A stretch of 50,564 bases of DNA, counting the filler, from Streblomastix strix (taxonomy: Eukaryota), in assembly GCA_008636045.1 (NCBI GenBank). It is 3 parts of 3 records of this genome, joined end to end, with 100 filler letters (N's around TTAATTAATTAA, not from the genome) between each part and the next. Parts side by side here need not be neighbours in the genome. Positions count along the whole stretch, not along the records: positions 1 to 16,803 come from SNRW01000766.1; positions 16,904 to 33,692 come from SNRW01000767.1; 1 more part is not named here. The stretch is one strand, 5' to 3'. The notes under the pieces are model-generated. The model had not been told where the DNA came from. It ran no database searches and saw nothing but the letters and a program-made list of their open reading frames with translations. Both the position numbers and the translations under genes were made by a program. Of this stretch, positions 14,901 to 28,131 are shown piece after piece; positions within the stretch are counted from its first letter, which is position 1; each line of letters starts with the position of its first letter.

Positions 14901-16239
14901 GAAAAAATGCAAATACTCCAATTCTACCCGTAACTTGATGCCTTCTCGATTCGAATCACAAAACAATGTAAAAGATATTGCTCGCTATTGAAAGACTGAA
15001 AAGCAGAAGGAAAATGCGGAGCGTTCAGCATTCCATGGAACAATGAGTCACTATTACTTCACCCACTAATCAAATTAATTCCAACAGTCTTCAAGAAACT
15101 AAAGATGGAACCAGCAACAGCTTTATTTATTCTACCGAAGTGGAGTCTGGATAAATTTAGAACTCTTGTTCCTACGATAATTTCCGAAATCGACCTGGGA
15201 AAAGTGGAGATGATACTCGAAAAGGGTAAAACACTACAGGAATTAAATCTGAGACTACCACAAGGAAACCTTTCTGCTCTTCTTCTGACAAGTATTCAGC
15301 TGGAGAATAGTTATATAGAGAATTGGCGTAATTAGCTGGATTTGAATAATAAGCAATACATAAATGATTGATAACTCAAACTGGGAGACCTGGAAGAAAA
15401 GAAGATAAGGACTTACGCTGATGTGTCAATATATTAAATTGAGAAACATAAAATCTGAATAATTAATTGCTGAACGTCCAGACATTCATGTGGTCAATGC
15501 AATGGTTTGGATAAATGGGTTAAGAGGTAAAATCAAGAAGTCTAATATAATCACTCTGAAAACGCATGTAAGCTCAACGCGTTCGTAATTCTCTAAGATG
15601 CCGAAAATTAGTGAATCAGTAATAATTAGAAATTTTTCAAGGTGTTTAAACTTAAAAACGAAATCTAGAGCTCGATATGATGTTATCAGGAACTTAGACA
15701 GGCTACTTAATTATATCGAAGATACAGATTTTAGATCACCTTATGAAGTTCAACTTCACGCAATGTATCTTTTAGTTATTTTTTCTTCCGCAAAAATGAC
15801 AGAACTTTCTCGGATACAACTTTCTGATATAAATTAAAAGCAAGACAAATGCATGATCATTAATGCATGCATCGGGATTGGCTTTAGAATAAGAAATGAA
15901 TAAATAAAATTAAACAAGACTAATACAAAGCTCTGCCATATTAATACATTAAATAAAAGGATTAATATGAGAAGATCAGTTAAAAAAGTTGGAGATTATA
16001 TCTTCTGGAACTATAATAAATCAAAACCTGCTTCATCAACATATTGCAGCTAAAGTCTCACATTACTTCTGAAGAATGCTGGTATATAATAGCCTTATAA
16101 TGGACCATCAATTCGACACGCATCGACGACAAAACTACGTGCATCTGGAGCCTCGATTATGGAAATTAACGCATTGTCCCGACATATTTTAACGTCTAAT
16201 GTTGTGGATGACTTATATTATAGACCAAATACTACGTGA
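11960..16239 (+). mobile_element. Degenerate DIRS retrotransposon: gag, RT/RNase H/methyltransferase-like domain, tyrosine recombinase
   Basis: Gag from ATG at 12036. RT motifs include RKILDCRYIN, LDLFDAYHH, PFG and YIDD. RNase H motifs include LTTDAAESGWG, SSNQRE and TDN. MT-like segment LDAFS...LLHPL...ILPKW. YR motifs include SIRHA and SRHILTSNVVDDLYY. Internal TGAs and frameshifts are present. Confidence 0.88.
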
Positions 16240-16803
16240 GAATCAGGATATACTTTATTCTCAATCGTTGATAATGCAATAAAACCAAAATTCAGTGGAA
16301 CACCATCAAATATATCTTTAAATGCTGTTCTGTTTGCTTATAAAGAATAGGATTATCCAATATTATGGAATGGAGCTATTTCTATTGATTGTTATATTAA
16401 TGCAAATGGTAACGTTATTATAAATACAATGTGTTAGATTAATTTACCTGATGATTTTTGTGTTAAAGTATGTGATTCATATGCTATTCAAAATTAATCA
16501 GTTATTTGACATAATCGAAGATTCTAACTTAAAATGTTAAATTTAAAAATAAACAAATGAATCCGATAAATGAAACAATCATCTATTCTCTAGAATTATT
16601 GAATATTAATTGGAATTCTATCTTTAAGACGATTAGGGATGCAGCATTCAAATATGCTTGCGAATCAAAGATATGCCATTGATAATTAAAATAAATTTAT
16701 TTTTGTCTTCAACCAGCATTAATCGTACTTCCTCCAATCTTACTAATTACGTCAATATTTAACACTTATGGATCAGGATTATTATCAAATGTAATTCGCA
16801 TAA
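16240..16803. mobile_element. Fragment of another copy of the endogenous virus: short-fibre 3' end (+, to 16509), 41-aa ORF (+, 16557-16682), capsid gene 3' end (-, 16709-16803)
   Basis: Colinear, high nucleotide similarity to about 27844-28373. Confidence 0.9.
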
Positions 16804-16903
16804 NNNNNNNNNNNNNNNNNNNNNNNNNNNNNNNNNNNNNNNNNNNNTTAATTAATTAANNNNNNNNNNNNNNNNNNNNNNNNNNNNNNNNNNNNNNNNN
16901 NNN
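16804..16903. other. Artificial contig linker (N run + TTAATTAATTAA + N run)
   Basis: Stop-in-all-frames spacer, identical in design to 33693-33792. Confidence 0.97.
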
Positions 16904-17200
16904 CATCAGGCGTTCCAACGATCTTTGGAGATCTTTCACTAGAAGGATGTAGTGATGTGAGTTATGCGCTAGTTCGCTTCTTGCCTGCATTGACGATTGC
17001 GGGTTCCGATGTTGTATCAGCGAATACAACAGATGAATTTCCATTGGCATATGCCGTCGTATCCAACATATCTAATTTAAATTCAAAGGTTCCTCCGTTC
17101 ATAAATAAATCGTTGCTCACAAATTTGTTCTTGGAATTTCCTGCTGTTTTTTAACCTAAGCAACTTTGGAATAAAAATTTTTGTGCTAGATAATTGCAAC
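16904..17200 (-). CDS. Partial hypothetical host gene (exon running into the contig edge)
   Basis: Open, GC-richer frame CLGQKTAGNSKNKFVSNDLFMNGGTFEFKLDMLDTT...; no family recognised. Confidence 0.4.
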
Positions 17201-20099
17201 TCGCAACTTAAACGCAAGCAAACGACAGAGGCTATGCTACATAGGTCTAAAAATAAAAATAATTAAAATATTTTTTTTGACGATAAATGAAAGAGCACAC
17301 GTTAAATTCAATTTAAGAATCTTTGCGGCAATGAGGCGAAGAGTACGATGACGTGAAAAACGAACCATTATTCAGCAACGACAAGTGAGATCCTAGAATT
17401 TGTTGATTTGCCACGAATTCACAGGGTACGGAGGCATAAGATCCTTAATAAATGTCCTAATCGCACTCGCTGAGCATTACTTGTTCAACGAGAACAAATA
17501 TTAATATGTACAAAACGAGCATCACAGATTTATTACGATCATGCCCATATTTTGAAAAAAAAATTAATTAAATACAACCTACGCATGTTAATCTGATCGA
17601 CAACATGAGCCAGACCAACCGAGTAATATAAATATGATATTTGAAACAAATATTTTGAGTAATAAAAATTAGAACTAAAATATAATAAGAAATACTTCAG
17701 TTCCAAAATCTGTCTAACTGTATGAAAAGCTGGTTCGACGAATTAGTTTAAAACTTACAAGTTTAAATTTAATTGATATATCTATTAATAATATTATCAA
17801 TAAAACGTAAGTAAGAAATTTACTTGATGGAGACATTAAATGATCATATGAAAGCAGCATAAATATAATCTCCAAGGTTCTATCGATAGATATAAGAAGA
17901 AGTTGAAATGGCAAAGGCCATAGCAACTTAGATGACTGACATTCAAAATAAGATTTAACAATAAGAACGAAAAATAATGATGTTTAATCGTCTTGAAGGC
18001 TTCATAATAAAAAGTGAAGAAAATTTTTTAATACTTCATGATTATATAATGTTCTTCTAAATATTTTGTATTATTAATAAATATCTAAAAATTTAATTCT
18101 CCATATAAAGTTGAACTTTATCAAATTAAGAATTATGCTGTATAATATGTTTGAATTAGTATATTTACTTAAATTTAAATGTAAATTATAAATCAAATTA
18201 TAATGAAAATTTAATATTTTACTTAAACAATTAAAAAAATTCTAAAACTGAAAAAAAATTGAATTTTGTTAAAATGAACTTCTCTTAAATTTTAAAAAAT
18301 TAATTTTAAAAATGTTCAACTTTTAATATAAATACCAAAATTATATTTAATTATTTAAAAATTTTCAAACATACTTTTTTTATTACTTTGGTGCTTAATT
18401 TCAAATCAATATTTCAAAATAATATACATGCATTTTTTGTTGACATAAATTTAAAATTTTTTAAAAAAATTATTAAAATTTTACTAATATTATTAAAATT
18501 CATTTTATTATTTAATATATTTAATATTTTACTTCATAATTAAACATGAAATCATCGAAGAGTTCTTAAAATCTAGTTTCAAGCTCATCACGTTTGACAC
18601 ATGAGTTGGAGAGTACAAAACTAAATTCAACGATTTCAAAATCAACTACTTAATTGAACCAACAGCATTAATGAAACAATACATATAGTTCTATTTTTCG
18701 ATAACCATCTACATCTAATTTTTCATATATATGTTTACATATGAATGATTTGGAAGAGTTTCGCTAAACGAAATTATCTGATAATAATAATTAATTGAAA
18801 TATAATTTCTAGAGTAAAATTGCATAAAATGAAAAAGATAAAGATAAAAATTTATGAATAAATCTAAAATAAAATTTAAATCTTTGCATAAATAAATAAA
18901 AATAATTGTTAGGGAAAATTATAATTATTAAATAATTATTTAATGTTTATAAATTGAATGTGAATTTTAATAAGAAAATGAAATTAATCGAAGAAAAATA
19001 ATAAAATTAAATTAACAAAAGCACAATTAGAAATAAGAAAAGCGTAAAAAATTAACCACTGCAATAATAATCAAAATAATAATAATCAGAATTGCCATCA
19101 TTTTAACAATAGGAATAATAGCAATCAATGAAAATTATAAATGAAGATTTAAATTGTATTAAAAAAGATAATAATTCTAATCTTTAATTTGAAATATAAA
19201 ATAAATTAATAATTGAATTAAAAGAATTTGATAAAAAAGTTATGAATTAAATAATTTATAATCAAACTTAATAGATAAAAATAAAGAAAAAAAAAAAAGT
19301 TGAAAATGAGTCCGATGATCAGAATTTATAAAATTAAAAATTTATAAATAAATTTTTATTAGTGATATAATTATAGTAAGAACTACAATATCAATTTGAA
19401 AAAGAATAATATTAATAGTAAACGCAACAGCAATAATAATGATATAATTATTTATATTAATAATGTTAAAATTTAAAATAACAATAATATTAATAATAAT
19501 AATATATAGAATAAATATAAGATAACTAAGATAAATTTCAAATTCCATAATAATTACTGATCAGGTAAATGCAAATATCATCACCATCATAAGATCCAGT
19601 TTAATCTTCTCTAATATTACATTATAATTATTCTCAAATTATTAACAATAATTAATTAATATTTTCTTCCTATTATATTTAATTCAATTCATTGTAATAA
19701 AAGTAACTTCCTGCTTCTGGTATTTTACAATAAACTCCATCTGATATTTTATATACTTTTAATAGTAAAATATTATCATAATTAATTTTGTAATATGAAT
19801 AATTATAAATTAAAAAATGATCAGAATAGTAATAACTTATTTCTCCTAATTATTCACTACATTTTAATTAAAATTTATCATAATCTCCTTTAGTTACATC
19901 TTTTTTATTTCCAGAATAACATTTATAGTAGTAATATTCATAATAATAGTTAATATTATAATTAGAATATCATTAATAATATCATTCGTTATAAGAGTTG
20001 TTATAATAATCAGAAACGCATTTAAAATATTAATATTAATAATAACTGATAATATTTAAATCTTAAATTTAATCGTAATCATAAAATGAAAGTGACGAA

Positions 20100-20550
20100 T
20101 AATGAATAAGCATGATTTGAATTAAAAATATGTATTTTCGTGAAAGAGACATTGACTCTGCTTATTGAACAATTAATATTAATTCAAATGAAAATTTCAC
20201 GCAGTAATTCAATGCTGCAACTAAAGGATCATGATTTTTGCAATAATAATTCTAGAAACTTTTTTCTAACCAATCGTGTAGTCATTATGGATGAAAAAAA
20301 AATTTTTGTTTAGCAATCTAATTTCAAGGGCCAGCAATGATTGCATTAGTTAATGAGTGTTAATTATCGAATTAATTTAATAAAAAAATTAAAAATTATT
20401 GATAATATTAATGATAGCTTTATAACTAAATGCACGAATATGAGATTAGGATAAAAAGATAACTAAATGTCGATTTTAGATATATTTAAGATTAGAATCA
20501 TTAGTGCATATATAAAAATGATTCTATTTGAATGTCGAATTTGCAATGCC
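20100..20550 (+). pseudogene. Family-B DNA polymerase C-terminal relic (Polinton/virus type)
   Basis: MYFRERDIDSAY* is a decayed DTDS catalytic motif, followed by QQFNA, DEKK, GPAMIAL and CTNMRLGQK. Frameshifted. Confidence 0.6.
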
Positions 20551-20599
20551 ACCAATTAGTTATTTTGAATTTATATTTTTTTTAAATATACAATTTTTT

Positions 20600-21080
20600 A
20601 AGATAAGAATTTTATATATTTATATTCTCAATTTCATCGTCGTTAACAATTATCATTTCATTGAATTACAAATATTTTGAATTAAGATCAATGATTTTCT
20701 TATAAATCACAATTAGTTCAAATATTAATGTTGTTTTTCCACTTCCAACTGCTCCTACAATATAATGATTTCTATTAAAATTGAATAATGAATTCATCGT
20801 TAATGGTTTATTTTTATATTCATCCAATAGACATTAGTTCATAAATGTTATAATTTGTAATTGTTGAAGAATAATTTTAATAATAATAAAATAAATATTC
20901 TTAAAGCCATCAATGAAACTATGAATTTCACGTTCAAGGGCATTAATTTTACTGTTTCAATAGTCGTATTATCAATATCAGTTCAAAGAAAAGAGATAAA
21001 TGAACTGTTTAATGTATTGTGGAGTTATTTCGATATATTATTGTTACTTTTGAATTCAGAGATTTTTGTTTTTAAATTTC
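20600..21080 (-). pseudogene. P-loop ATPase relic, probable viral packaging ATPase (A32-like)
   Basis: Walker A HYIVGAVGSGKTTLI at about 20732-20755 and a possible Walker B IIVNDD, next to polB and viral ORFs. Confidence 0.6.
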
Positions 21081-21094
21081 TTTGTAAAAGAAAA

Positions 21095-22311
21095 ATGGCA
21101 AAAGAGAAACCAAGAATGCATTGGTCAAATAAATTTCATTAGAATAAATAGAAGCAATTTTTAACAAAGCTATTGCAAGTAAAGATTTGGAATTAGCACC
21201 ACATTGTAGGCATTTCTTATATTTGAAAATGTTAAATCATCCGAGTAAATATAATGTTTATATATAATTTAATGGAACTAATTTACGAATTAATGACAAG
21301 TATTGGTTTGAAATTTAATACAACAGATCATGAATTTTTCAAAACATTTGATGTACTAATTGAAAATCATGATTTGAACAAATAAGAAAAATAGTTGTAT
21401 GATTTTTTTTCAAAACAATAAACATACATAGAAACGATATAATACGAAATAACTGGATATCATAAAATATTTAAAATGTCTCAGTTTGCTATTGTGGATG
21501 AAATAAGCTAATTCTTCTTCGATAAATTTCACAGAAGGAAATAATAATTAACAAAACTGATATTTTCATTACCATTAATAGATTAATTTTATATTAATTT
21601 TTCTCATCAATTGCTTCTGATATGATATACTTTTTGATTTGTTTCTGCTATGTATTTTGATCTATTGTTTTTTAAATTTTATTGTATTTACTTATAAAAT
21701 ACTACTTTTGTTAATTAATTAGAATATTTTTGAATTTTTCTTCATCAACATATTTCTTGATTTATAATAGCTTCGAATATCAATTTATAAATTATTTATT
21801 TATTCATATTAATTCTTAAAATATTGGATGTATTTATTCATCCTTATCTTTAACCAAAATGTTTTGTAAAGCTTCAATGATGAATTTAATTGTAAGAGTT
21901 TCTTCGAAATGTGATTTCTCAATTTTATTGGTTAATTGCTTAATTTTTTGGTTTCTTTAAATAAAAAATAAAATGTTGCATTATTTATAACTTATTCATT
22001 GAATAAAAAATAAGTTTATATATCTTCTTTTGAATCGTAATCAGTTGATATATTTGAAACAGGATTAGACGTTAGTATATCAGTATTGAGTTCCGGAAGA
22101 GCAATTATGCCTCAAAGGAAATGTAAAAATTAATTTTTCCATAGACCAATGATAAATCTAAAAAGAAAAATATTAATTTTGCTGTGCAAAGGCATATTTC
22201 ACTTTCACTTGCAAATTTATTTGCATTTTCCTAAATAATTTTGAATATTTCATGCAAATTAATATTCCATTGTCAGAGAGAATAAATGATAGATTCATTG
22301 TGAGAAATCAT
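21095..22311. pseudogene. Decayed homologues of viral ORFs A (+21095), B (+21272), C (-, about 21480-21990) and D (-, about 22190-22311)
   Basis: PRMHWS/AIASKDLELA vs PRIHWS/AIANKDLELA; KSHFEETLTIKFIIEALQNIL vs KSHFNDIDTIKGTIEALQNLL; NESIIYSL...FASESEIC vs NETIIYSL...YACESKIC. Confidence 0.8.
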
Positions 22312-23391
22312 TTATTTTATTAATAAATTTTCCATATTTCATTTATGAATCATTTACTTCTTCAGAAAGTTACATAATTAATAAAATTTGTACCATAAAT
22401 TATAAAATTTAAATATATTATTAATGATGTATTAAGATGCCTGCCCTCGAATCAAAAATATAAAAAGTTATTTGGAGGATTAATTGAGATAGTTTTAATT
22501 ATATTGGTGAATTATTAAAAAATATTTAATGGATTTATTATAGAATTGTTTAAGAAAATTGAATATGTTTAATAATGAAAATGAAAGTGAATTGTTGTTG
22601 ATGTATAAATTTATTAATGAAAATGAATTATATTGAGCAATTGTATGAAAAATTGTATGAAAAAATTGTGTGAAATATTTAGTTTGGTTGCTTTGCGGGT
22701 TAATGAATAGGAATTATTGTTATAAATAATTGTATTGATTTTGATTCTCAGGCAGGCTACTTAATATATAACTACTCATTGTTCAAACCTGATGATTTGA
22801 ACGATACGTGTTAACATATATTGACTAAAAGACTTGGTCGAATCAAGTTTATACAAGTGAAAATGAAACAACAGTATCGACTAGTTTTACCATTCATAAA
22901 ATGGATTATTTATTAAAATTAATGGTGTTGAACAGTTATAGAATTGATTATAAACGTTTTTTTTGGAATATACACATATGATATGACCTTAGGTTTGTAT
23001 TTCAGATAGACATGAAAATTTAAGATTTTTATGGGGATTCAGACGTAATATAAAATATTATTATTTTAAATATATATACCAAAAAAAAAGTTAAAAATAC
23101 AAGGAAAAATAAATGTTTTCTAATTGACTTGAGAATAAGTTTTAAGGTCAATGTCGATATACCAATCATGAATTTGATGTTGAAAGTGGGTGCTGCAATC
23201 ATTGTTTAAGGTGAATTACGAGGAGAAGTATGAAGATTGATCATATCGATTAAAATCGCGTATGAATTGAATAAGTGTCATTGAATTTCTTATTTATTAT
23301 TGTAAATTTATTAGTGATGATTTAAATTCATTATCCGCAAATTATAAAAGTTAATTTAATATAACTAATTGAATGGTTTTATTTTAAACAA

Positions 23392-23826
23392 ATGCAAACA
23401 AACAAACAAATTAAACAAACCAGAAAAAGATAACCGAAACAAGTAGTCCTATAATTGATCGAAAAATATCCTGCTCCAATTGATGAAGTACTTCAAACTC
23501 CTATAAATGCTCCTATTATTAAATTATCTTAAATTATTACCACTCCATTGATCAATATATAATAAGAGTAAGAACGAAAAGAATTTAGAGGTAGACCTAA
23601 AAAATATATATCCCAAGGAGAAGCTGAAAGAGTTGCTGCAGAGTAAAATTATTGGGCTCAATAGCTGTATCGCATTCATCGATAGGAATTCTGTTCATCT
23701 GCTAATGGTTTGTAACTAATTTTGATTCGACGTCTTCAGAAAGCTGTCGTAACTAACATATAAGATTTATTCAAGATTTGTGACATTATCCTAAGATCAT
23801 ATCTTAGTCATAGATTACAAAAATGA
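23392..23826 (+). CDS. AT-hook protein (144 aa)
   Basis: Intronless ORF containing RKEFRGRPKKY. Confidence 0.65.
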
Positions 23827-24884
23827 TGTTTATAATCAATTCTGAAACTGTTCATCATCATCAATTTCATCAAATGATGTATTTTAATCAATGAAAACTT
23901 GGTTCAACATATTCATATAGTCATTATAAGATAATCAAACCAAGTTAGATAAATAAAATAGACATATAATTAGAACGTATCGGTCAAATCATTCGATTTG
24001 AGCTATGTATTATGAACAAAATGGGGGTCTGCCTGTAGAAAAATTAAAAAATTTTCATTACTAAATTTAATCAACAATCATAATAAATAATTTCCAATAT
24101 ATATTTTTGAATTTATATATTTCATCAATAAATATAAATTTTTAGTCTCAATAATATTAATTATTACTTTGAATATTGCAAATATGCTTATTTTTTGTTA
24201 TATTTTTATTTAAGAATTTTTTTTTGAAAATAAATCTTATTTTTTCTATATATTTATATTATAGAGCTAAATTTCCCTAATTAATTGATATAGAAGCTCA
24301 AATATGGACCCTGCATGAATGTAAATATTGAATTCTTTCTTTATAACATACATATATATTTATTAATTAATTTAATGTTAAAATTTATTTATAATTTAAT
24401 ATTATTTATTAAAATTATAACTATAAATTGTATAAAATTATAATTAATTAATTTTTTAACTATAAAAAAGGATAATAACTCATTTTTTGGTTCATTGAAT
24501 GACTATTAAATTGAATAAGTTCGAATTTTTCTTATATATATGTATATATAAAAATATGAGTAGTATAGAAAGAAGAAGTTTGGGGTAAGTTCAAAATCGT
24601 ATTTATTATAATTAATTTACCCGCGATTTTGAACTTTTTCCGTCAATTTGCGAAAATCCCTAGAGCGGAAGCACATACATAGGTATGGTTCCATTAATCA
24701 TAGGAAAATGTAAAAATTGATGAAATAGAACAAATGTGAATAAATTGATTATAATAAATATGGTTTCGAACCTACTACAAACATTTTTCTGAGCAATGCT
24801 AATTAATTATTAAAAATAAATTATTGAGGGTTAGCGTATTAGTTAGTGTTAATAATTGTTATAATAAATTATTTTTATATTTGT

Positions 24885-24956
24885 AAGTAGCCCAGTGGAT
24901 GGAAACATGAATTTTCCAAGAGGTGCTGGGTTCGAACCCCACAAAGTGCCGTTTTT
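24885..24956 (+). other. tRNA-like / Pol III A-box and B-box element (degenerate)
   Basis: TAGCCCAGTGG (A box) and GGTTCGAACCC (B box, T-arm stem tggg/ccca), followed by TTTTT. There is no proper acceptor stem. Confidence 0.5.
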
Positions 24957-25449
24957 GCATTCAGTCATTTAGAGCCAAAATGCAAAAATTTGTAAGAAAA
25001 AAAAATTTTTTTTTCGATTTTAGACAAATTTTTTAACCTCCCTTTATTTATTTTTATTTTTAATTTTAATGATTTTTGGGATATTCAGAAGATATTTTTT
25101 TAATATAATTTTTACAAATAAGAATTATCCTTAAAATTATTTTTTTTGCAACATTCGTGCGTATATTGATGAAAATTATATATAAAATAAATGTAAAAAT
25201 AAATTACCTGCACATCATTCAGTGATGTTTAATTAATCTTTATTTTTAAGATATGCATCAATATACGTATTATATCACGTATACTACTTAAAATAGCATA
25301 TAGATTTGATGCTAATTTTTTCTTTGTTTCAATTTTTTTAATTTCATTATTAAGTTATTAGCATTCTTACTGTAATTTTGGTTCTATCTCTTTAAAATAT
25401 TCATACATTTATTTGTCCATTTTGATTAAATTACAAAAAATAATTGTAT

Positions 25450-26067
25450 CAATATAAATCAAAATCATTGTATTCTTATTAATCTTATTCTTGTGGTTGT
25501 TCTTGAATGATTTGTTAAGGCTCCTATTAAATTTATTATGGCTCTTCCTTTTCAACAATCTGTTTTGATTATTTGTTTCGTTTTGCTTTCAATTTATATT
25601 TCTTTATTTGTTTGATAGCGTCTTAATGCTATTGCTTAATAAATGAATTTTCTGTTCGTAATTTGATTAATTTTTCTAAATCAAGTGATGGATTAGTGTA
25701 ATTAATTTATAGAGTTTTAGATGTTTTTACAACTCTTTTTTTAATTTATTTCTTTAATGGTTTTTCTCGAACTTCACTAATGAAATCGTCACTTTCAACC
25801 TAATCTTCCTACTGTTCATAAGATATAAAATCTTCATCATCAATTTATTTTTAAGATGTTTTTTAAACATTTTTCTTTGGAGCAACCCCACATTTCGCTT
25901 ATAACAGTAATTTATTCTACTATGTTTAAGTTAATTTTTTAAGTGTCTTTTTCCTTCTTCGAACACTTTAATATCTTTATTAATTTAGATGACGTATCCG
26001 TTGTCAAAGTATTCAATATTTGTTCCATTCTCTATTAAATTCTTCAATGCGTGTTGTAAGTCCATAT
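25450..26067 (-). pseudogene. Viral hypothetical protein, probably frameshifted
   Basis: Starts MDLQHALKNLIENGTNIEYFDNGYVIQ and ends with an acidic/Gln-rich QEYNDFDLY*. Confidence 0.45.
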
Positions 26068-26142
26068 GAATAATTTTAAATTATGAAAATGATAAAAGGT
26101 ATAGAAAGAAACTAAATTCGCATGTCAAAATCTAAAATATAA

Positions 26143-26835
26143 ATGTCTGAGATTAAACACAAAAAATTAACTGATGAAGATAAAATAAGATTGCAATTGA
26201 TCGATGAAGCATTTAGTCACATAAAATCAATGCCTAGTCAAGGACTTGAGCGAAGTGAAACGGTCGATGAGACCATCAAACCAAAAGAAAATGAAACATA
26301 AACCTAAAATGAAATTATTACATCAACGCCTGAATAATTAATGCTTACATAATAAAAAATAACTAAATATGAGAGTAAATATAATAAAGATAAATATAAA
26401 CAAATTGATAGAACAACAGCATAAGTTGAACCAGATGAAGTAGTTAAAAATACTTATCTTTCCCATCCAAATTTAGCCGTCATGAAATTCATCATTGATT
26501 GTCTATGGAAGACAGTAACAACAAGAAAAAGAGGAGATGAATTTATATTTTCATCAGATAATTTTATTAAACTTTGGTCATTAATCACTTAAGAAAATGA
26601 AGATGACATTGAAATAGTAATAGAAGAACCATTGATGTAATCACATTCATGCAAAGGAAAATCATATAAAAAGAAAGATTTAATTCGCGTGATGGATGTA
26701 TTAATTAAAAATGTTAGCATATCAGTTATTGATAATGTGCTTTTCAACTCTATTGAGAAATTATATAGAATCAACAAGGATTTCGTTCGTTTATCTGATG
26801 CTCCTATATCAGAGCTTACCAAAGATGATTTTTGA
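26143..26835 (+). CDS. Viral hypothetical protein (230 aa; alternative in-frame start at 26122)
   Basis: Open frame MSEIKHKKLTDEDK...ELTKDDF*. Confidence 0.7.
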
Positions 26836-26891
26836 TAATTATTTTAGAAGTCTATTTTTTTACTATTTATTTATTTTTACCAATAACCAAA

Positions 26892-27329
26892 ATGCTTTCA
26901 AAATCCGAAATACTTAGAGGAAAATTGCTTTAGAAACCTTAAAATATTGCAAAGGAAATATGCGTAGAACCAATATATTAATGTGATGATGATTTCTAAT
27001 AACGAACAGTAAATTAATATAACAAACCATACTATAAATTATTAAAGCGTTATGGAAATAATCAATGGATTCCATAAACAATTTACATAATGATCGAGAA
27101 AAGAAATAATGAACATATTGAAGAAACAATTAAACAATATACATAATAGATGAAAGAGCTTCTGAATAGCATTTCTCATTATCCAATACGTAATTTTAAT
27201 GATGCAGAAGCAACTAAATTTTATGAAATGGAACATGCAATTAAATAAATGTAAGAACAAACAAAATACAATTAGTACGGCTAATGCGGAGTTTAAAATG
27301 AAATTAATTGTATATAATACTACGTTTGA
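26892..27329 (+). CDS. Viral hypothetical protein (145 aa)
   Basis: Open frame MLSKSEILRG...CIQYYV*. Confidence 0.65.
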
Positions 27330-27353
27330 TGAACGATTATTTTTGTAATAAAA

Positions 27354-28112
27354 ATGTACCAAAATATAAGTGATTTAGATATGATTGATGAAGAAGAATA
27401 ATCTATGTAATAAGAACAGGCAATTAAATTAATATAATTGTAGGAATAATAATAAAAATAGATAAATGATAGGAATAATTTATTTTAAATCATTGATTAA
27501 GAGACCATTAAGTACTTCAATTATTTGAGTTAATTTTTCAAAAATGCTATTGATTTTGTTAATTTACATTCTGACTAGATAATTAGAGGAGTAAAGACAT
27601 TTTTATAACCAATCATTGCTAGTAAAATTGTTAAATAAGGTGAAACAAGCAACTAAATTCTATTAGCTAATGGAGATACAATCGATAAAGATTAATTAGC
27701 CTATGAGCCAATTGAGAATGAACGTTATTCATCAATTGCATATAGGATGTATGAATAGCGAATATGGGGCACATTAACAATATAAAATAGTAGAGTATAT
27801 ATTTCACTTCAAATAACTCACTCAGATCCGAATACTTAGTGTGAATCAGGATATACTTTATTTTCAATCGTTGAAAATGCTATAAAACCAAAGTTCAGCG
27901 GAACACCGTCAAATATACCATTATATGCTGTTATATTTACGTGTAAAGGATAAGGATATCCAATATTATGCAATTGTGCTATTCCTATTGATTGTTTTAT
28001 TAATCCTAATGGTAATGTTATAATAAATACAATGTTTTAGCTAAGTTAAACTGATGATTTTTGTGTATAAGTATGTGATTCATATGCTATTCATAATTAG
28101 TCGGCTGGTTGA
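27354..28112 (+). CDS. Short fibre-like protein (252 aa)
   Basis: Coiled-coil N-terminus, fibre-type motifs DQIIRGVKTF and QILLANGD shared with the long fibre, and a beta-rich C-terminal domain. Confidence 0.6.
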
Positions 28113-28131
28113 GCAATTTAAAAATAAACAA

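Noticed and set aside
12036..16803. RT next to a fibre gene as a diversity-generating retroelement
   Set aside because: The RT is DIRS-type with gag, RNase H and YR. The two fibre copies are on different contigs, and their differences are not adenine-specific.
16804..16903. TTAATTAATTAA palindrome within N runs (also 33693-33792)
   Set aside because: Artificial linker. No physical linkage between the three contigs can be inferred.
18950..20050. Asn/Ile-rich open stretches
   Set aside because: Low complexity. Long frames arise easily when TGA is the only stop, and no motif was recognised.
24885..24956. Functional tRNA gene
   Set aside because: The acceptor stem and anticodon arm cannot be folded canonically; kept only as tRNA-like.
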